The notes under the pieces: generated by a model
What the model saw: the letters and a program-made list of their open reading frames with translations, nothing else
Databases searched by the model: none
What the model was told of the DNA's origin: nothing
Part shown: positions 39,286-41,982 of the stretch, one piece after another
Layout: the number at the start of each line of letters is the position of its first letter
How positions within the stretch are numbered: the first letter of the stretch is position 1
Made by a program: the position numbers and the translations under genes
Assembly (NCBI GenBank): GCA_900772625.1
Contig: CAAHEQ010000025.1
Location: forward strand, 1-41,982
Reading direction: 5' to 3'
Origin: Alphaproteobacteria bacterium
Lineage (GTDB): Bacteria; Pseudomonadota; Alphaproteobacteria; CAAHEQ01; UBA3637
Length of the DNA: 41,982 nucleotides

Positions 39286-39315
39286 AGTATAGCACCACTT
39301 TTTATATCAAGTCAA
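39286..39315 (-). promoter_or_regulatory. sigma70-like promoter (extended -10) of the thrS leader
   Basis: Minus strand reads TTGACT, 18-nt spacer, TATACT preceded by TGC. Confidence 0.5.
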
Positions 39316-39350
39316 TAGAAAAAATCATTTTTTTAAGCGCTTTATTTTGG

Positions 39351-40583
39351 CTACCAGCGACCAGAGGCACCGCCGCCACCAAAAGAGCCTCCGCCACCCG
39401 AAAAGCCACCGCGTCCACCCGAACTGCGGCCACCGCCCGAGCCGTGGGAGTGATAGCGTGCTCTAAAAGCTTTGTTGGTAAAATAGCGATCGTTCTTGAG
39501 ATCGAACCAGTCACCCATAAAAATAAATGAGTGAATGAAAAAGAAAATGTACGCCGCAAGGGCTTTATAAAAGTCGAAATAAATACTAAAAAAAACGATA
39601 AAAATCGAGTAAGCAATAACGCCAGCAACCCATGAGTTTTTAAATTCTTTTTTGTTTTTGGCAATTTGCTTTTTCTCATTTTCGGTAAATTCGGGTTCAG
39701 GCTTTGCTTTAAAGAGCTTTGAAAAACACGACTTGATAAGATAAGGTAAAAATAAGCGCACGCTCCAAAACCCTACCAAGCCGCACAGCGCGTTAAGCGT
39801 CAGACGCAGTGCATTTGGCACGTCAGAGACTATGCTTAAGTATAAGGAGGCTATGCCCACACCACTTGCAAATAAAATAACCCACACAAGGGCAAACGTC
39901 GCCACAAGGGCAAACGGGCACAGCAAAATTAAAAATGTTCCCACGATTGCAAAGTTAAACTTGCTGGGAGATATTTCTTTTTCGTGTTGATAAATGCGGC
40001 GAAATTTTGGCCAAATAAACTTGAATACCACAAAAAAGGCGGGAAATAAGCAACAAATGCGCCAAAAGTTGCTTTCTTGCTCTTTTTCCTGAATGGGGAC
40101 TTGTGGCGCGATAGATCCGCCGTTCAGCACGTCCAACACAGCCTCTGACCCTTTGATAAGTGATTCGTCATACTTTCCTTTTTTGGCCAAAGGCAGCATA
40201 ATGCGGTTGATGATTTGGCTTGCCTTTGCATCCGTCAGCGTGCCTTCCAGCCCATAGCCAACCTCGATGCGCATTTGACGTTGCTCGGGTGCGATGATCA
40301 CCAGCACGCCGTCATCAATTTCTTTGCGGCCGATGCCCCAATGGCGGCCAAGCGCTACGCCATATTCTTCAATTTCATCGCCTCGGAGAGATTTGAGCGA
40401 TACTGCGACAACCTGATGCGGTTCGGCTTTCTTTAACGTCTCCGTCAGGAAAGCTTCTTGTTCGGGTGAAAGAATGCCTGCCTCATCGACAACGCGCCCC
40501 GTCAATGCTGGAAAATCCAGAGCATTTGCTCCGCTCAACGTCAGCGCAATAATGGCAATAGCAAAAATAAACCGCTTAATCAT
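39351..40583 (-). CDS. TPM-domain (YgcG-like) membrane protein with a Gly-rich tail
   Basis: Signal peptide and a TPM phosphatase-like domain (LTGRVVDEAGILSPEQ...VLVIIAPEQRQMRIEVGYGLEG). Several TM segments and the C-terminal tail GGGRSSGGRGGFSGGGGSFGGGGASGRW. Confidence 0.85.
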   Translation of the reverse strand: MIKRFIFAIAIIALTLSGANALDFPALTGRVVDEAGILSPEQEAFLTETLKKAEPHQVVAVSLKSLRGDEIEEYGVALGRHWGIGRKEIDDGVLVIIAPEQRQMRIEVGYGLEGTLTDAKASQIINRIMLPLAKKGKYDESLIKGSEAVLDVLNGGSIAPQVPIQEKEQESNFWRICCLFPAFFVVFKFIWPKFRRIYQHEKEISPSKFNFAIVGTFLILLCPFALVATFALVWVILFASGVGIASLYLSIVSDVPNALRLTLNALCGLVGFWSVRLFLPYLIKSCFSKLFKAKPEPEFTENEKKQIAKNKKEFKNSWVAGVIAYSIFIVFFSIYFDFYKALAAYIFFFIHSFIFMGDWFDLKNDRYFTNKAFRARYHSHGSGGGRSSGGRGGFSGGGGSFGGGGASGRW

Positions 40584-40600
40584 GGGATGAACCTTTGGAT

Positions 40601-41188
40601 TTAAAAGTTGACCGTTGGGAGAGCTTTGGCCGTTTCAGCAATATCAAACTGAGCCTTAGGCTCTAAGTTCGTAAAGGCTTTGGCAATCCAAGAAGTCGGA
40701 ATAGTTCTGATTTTCGAATTAAAAACTTGAATCGCTTCAATATAGTCTTTGCGAGCTACGGCAATGCGGTTTTCTGTGCCCTCCAGCTGGCTTTGCAAAG
40801 CAACAAAGTTCTCACTGGCCTTTAAGTCTGGATAGTTTTCGGCAACCGCCATTAAACGCGCTAATGCAGAGCTCAAAGAGTTTTGTGCTTGTTGAAAGTT
40901 TTTAACCGCGGCCGCATTGGATAAATCATTCGTTGTTAAAGTGATGCTGGTCGCTTTAGCTCTGGCCTCAATCACGTTTTGCAACGTTTCCCTTTCGTGT
41001 GCGGCATAGCCTTTGACTGTGCTCACCAAGTTCGGGATTAAGTCGGCACGCCGTTGATATTGATTGAGCACTTGCGAAAACTTTGCGTTGACGTTTTCGT
41101 CCATTCGTACTAATCCGTTAATGCTTGAAATAACACCGAGCACGGCAATCACAGCCAGTGCAACTAAGATAATAATTGTTTTTTTCAT
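40601..41188 (-). CDS. lemA: LemA family protein
   Basis: N-terminal TM, then NQYQRRADLIPNLVSTVKGYAAHERETL...ENYPDLKASENF, typical of LemA. Confidence 0.9.
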   Translation of the reverse strand: MKKTIIILVALAVIAVLGVISSINGLVRMDENVNAKFSQVLNQYQRRADLIPNLVSTVKGYAAHERETLQNVIEARAKATSITLTTNDLSNAAAVKNFQQAQNSLSSALARLMAVAENYPDLKASENFVALQSQLEGTENRIAVARKDYIEAIQVFNSKIRTIPTSWIAKAFTNLEPKAQFDIAETAKALPTVNF

Positions 41189-41549
41189 ACTTTCCTCCGT
41201 GTTAAGAATGAATCCATTCTATAAACATCAAATTGCATAGTCAAGTATTTTTAATGTATGCTTATATTTTCTCAATTTTACGTTTTTTTTGCTCAAAAGC
41301 TAGTGCGGATACGCCCAAGCGCCAGAAATCAGCTCATAAAATGCCGCACATCACTCTTAAAGTGCGAGGCGCTAATTTTCGCGCTCACGCCCCGCGCTTT
41401 ATTTCATTTCACTCAGACTTTATTCGCCGTGCGGATTTCCTTCATCGCCGACACGCGGCGAAGGAAAATACAATAAAATCGTTTAAAATCAATGAGTCAT
41501 ATGAAAATAGAGAAAATCAAAAAAAGCATAAAAAATAACCAAAATGATA

Positions 41550-41578
41550 TTGACAGCAAGCTTGGTTTTTTGTAGCAT
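41550..41578 (+). promoter_or_regulatory. sigma70-like promoter of pilin-like gene 2
   Basis: TTGACA, 17-nt spacer, TAGCAT. Confidence 0.45.
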
Positions 41579-41658
41579 GGCGAAAGATGCAAAAGCAGTT
41601 GCGCTGATTTGGTGTGAAAAAATTAACGGCTGTTTGTGAATAAAACAAAGGAGATAAA

Positions 41659-41982
41659 ATGAACAACAAAAAAATGAATTGTCAGGTTGTTTGTGCGGAA
41701 AAATCCGCGCGGCGAATTGAGGGTGCAATGCAAATGGCACACACGCAAAAGAGCGGGGCGGGCGCGCGGATTGAAAATAGCCTCAGAACTTCTGCACAAA
41801 CAGGTCGGTCGATGGTGGAAATGCTGGGCGTGCTGGCGATTATCGGTGTGCTCACGATAGGCGGCTTGATGGGCTATCGGTATGCGATGAACAAGCACAA
41901 AGCCAACACTATTTTAAATGATGTCAGTTTAGCTATGGCGGACTTGACGGTTCTTGACCCAGACGGAGGCGCTATCACGCGC
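41659..41982 (+). CDS. prepilin-type pilin-like protein, paralog of 9886-10293, 3' end outside the window
   Basis: Hand translation from ATG 41659 (AAGGAG SD): MNNKKMNCQVVCAEKSARRIEGAMQMAHTQKSGAGARIENSLRTSAQTG|RSMVEMLGVLAIIGVLTIGGLMGYRYAMNKHKAN... The frame stays open to the window end, so it is absent from the ORF track. An alternative start lies at 41728. Confidence 0.7.
   Translation, partial: MNNKKMNCQVVCAEKSARRIEGAMQMAHTQKSGAGARIENSLRTSAQTGRSMVEMLGVLAIIGVLTIGGLMGYRYAMNKHKANTILNDVSLAMADLTVLDPDGGAITR

Noticed and set aside
41233-41538. 101-aa plus-strand ORF in the lemA/pilin spacer
   Set aside because: It has no SD and an Arg/His/Phe/Lys-rich, unprotein-like composition. An overlapping alternative-frame ORF of similar length suggests chance.

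Overview
The window is mostly conserved core genome, apparently from a Gram-negative, probably alphaproteobacterium-like, host-associated bacterium. That assignment is an inference from gene order: atpH-A-G-D-C separate from the F0 genes, a long-linker FtsZ, an IalB-family gene and an ankyrin-repeat protein. Two large blocks dominate. One is an F1 ATP synthase operon (3270-8085, +). The other is a tightly packed dcw cell-wall/division cluster (13780-29812, -) running rsmH-ftsL-ftsI-murE/F-mraY-ftsW-murG-murC-murB-ddl-ftsQ-ftsA-ftsZ, followed by rsmB, an IalB-like gene and rlmN. The remaining core genes are dnaB, thrS, a LemA/TPM pair, ycgN and a YgjP-like hydrolase. The accessory-looking part lies around tRNA-Val(GAC) at 34400-34476. 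It holds an ankyrin-repeat protein, a strongly promoted two-gene module of unknown function (32784-34282), and four nucleotide/phosphoester hydrolase genes (MazG-like, MccF-like S66 peptidase, histidine phosphatase, Nudix). Two orphan pilin-like genes share an unusual G|RSM(I/V)EM prepilin motif. The most interesting observations are: (1) a hand-found 18-codon threonine-rich leader ORF (MFKYLFYLTTTTTKTTTP) in the thrS leader; (2) a delta(C-terminal domain)-alpha ATP synthase fusion with no delta N-domain; (3) a MurE-MurF fusion in a dcw cluster that lacks murD and mraZ; (4) the unknown membrane/repeat protein with a translationally coupled small acidic partner; (5) a ThrRS lacking the TGS domain. 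I saw no CRISPR array, rRNA, transposase or integrase.
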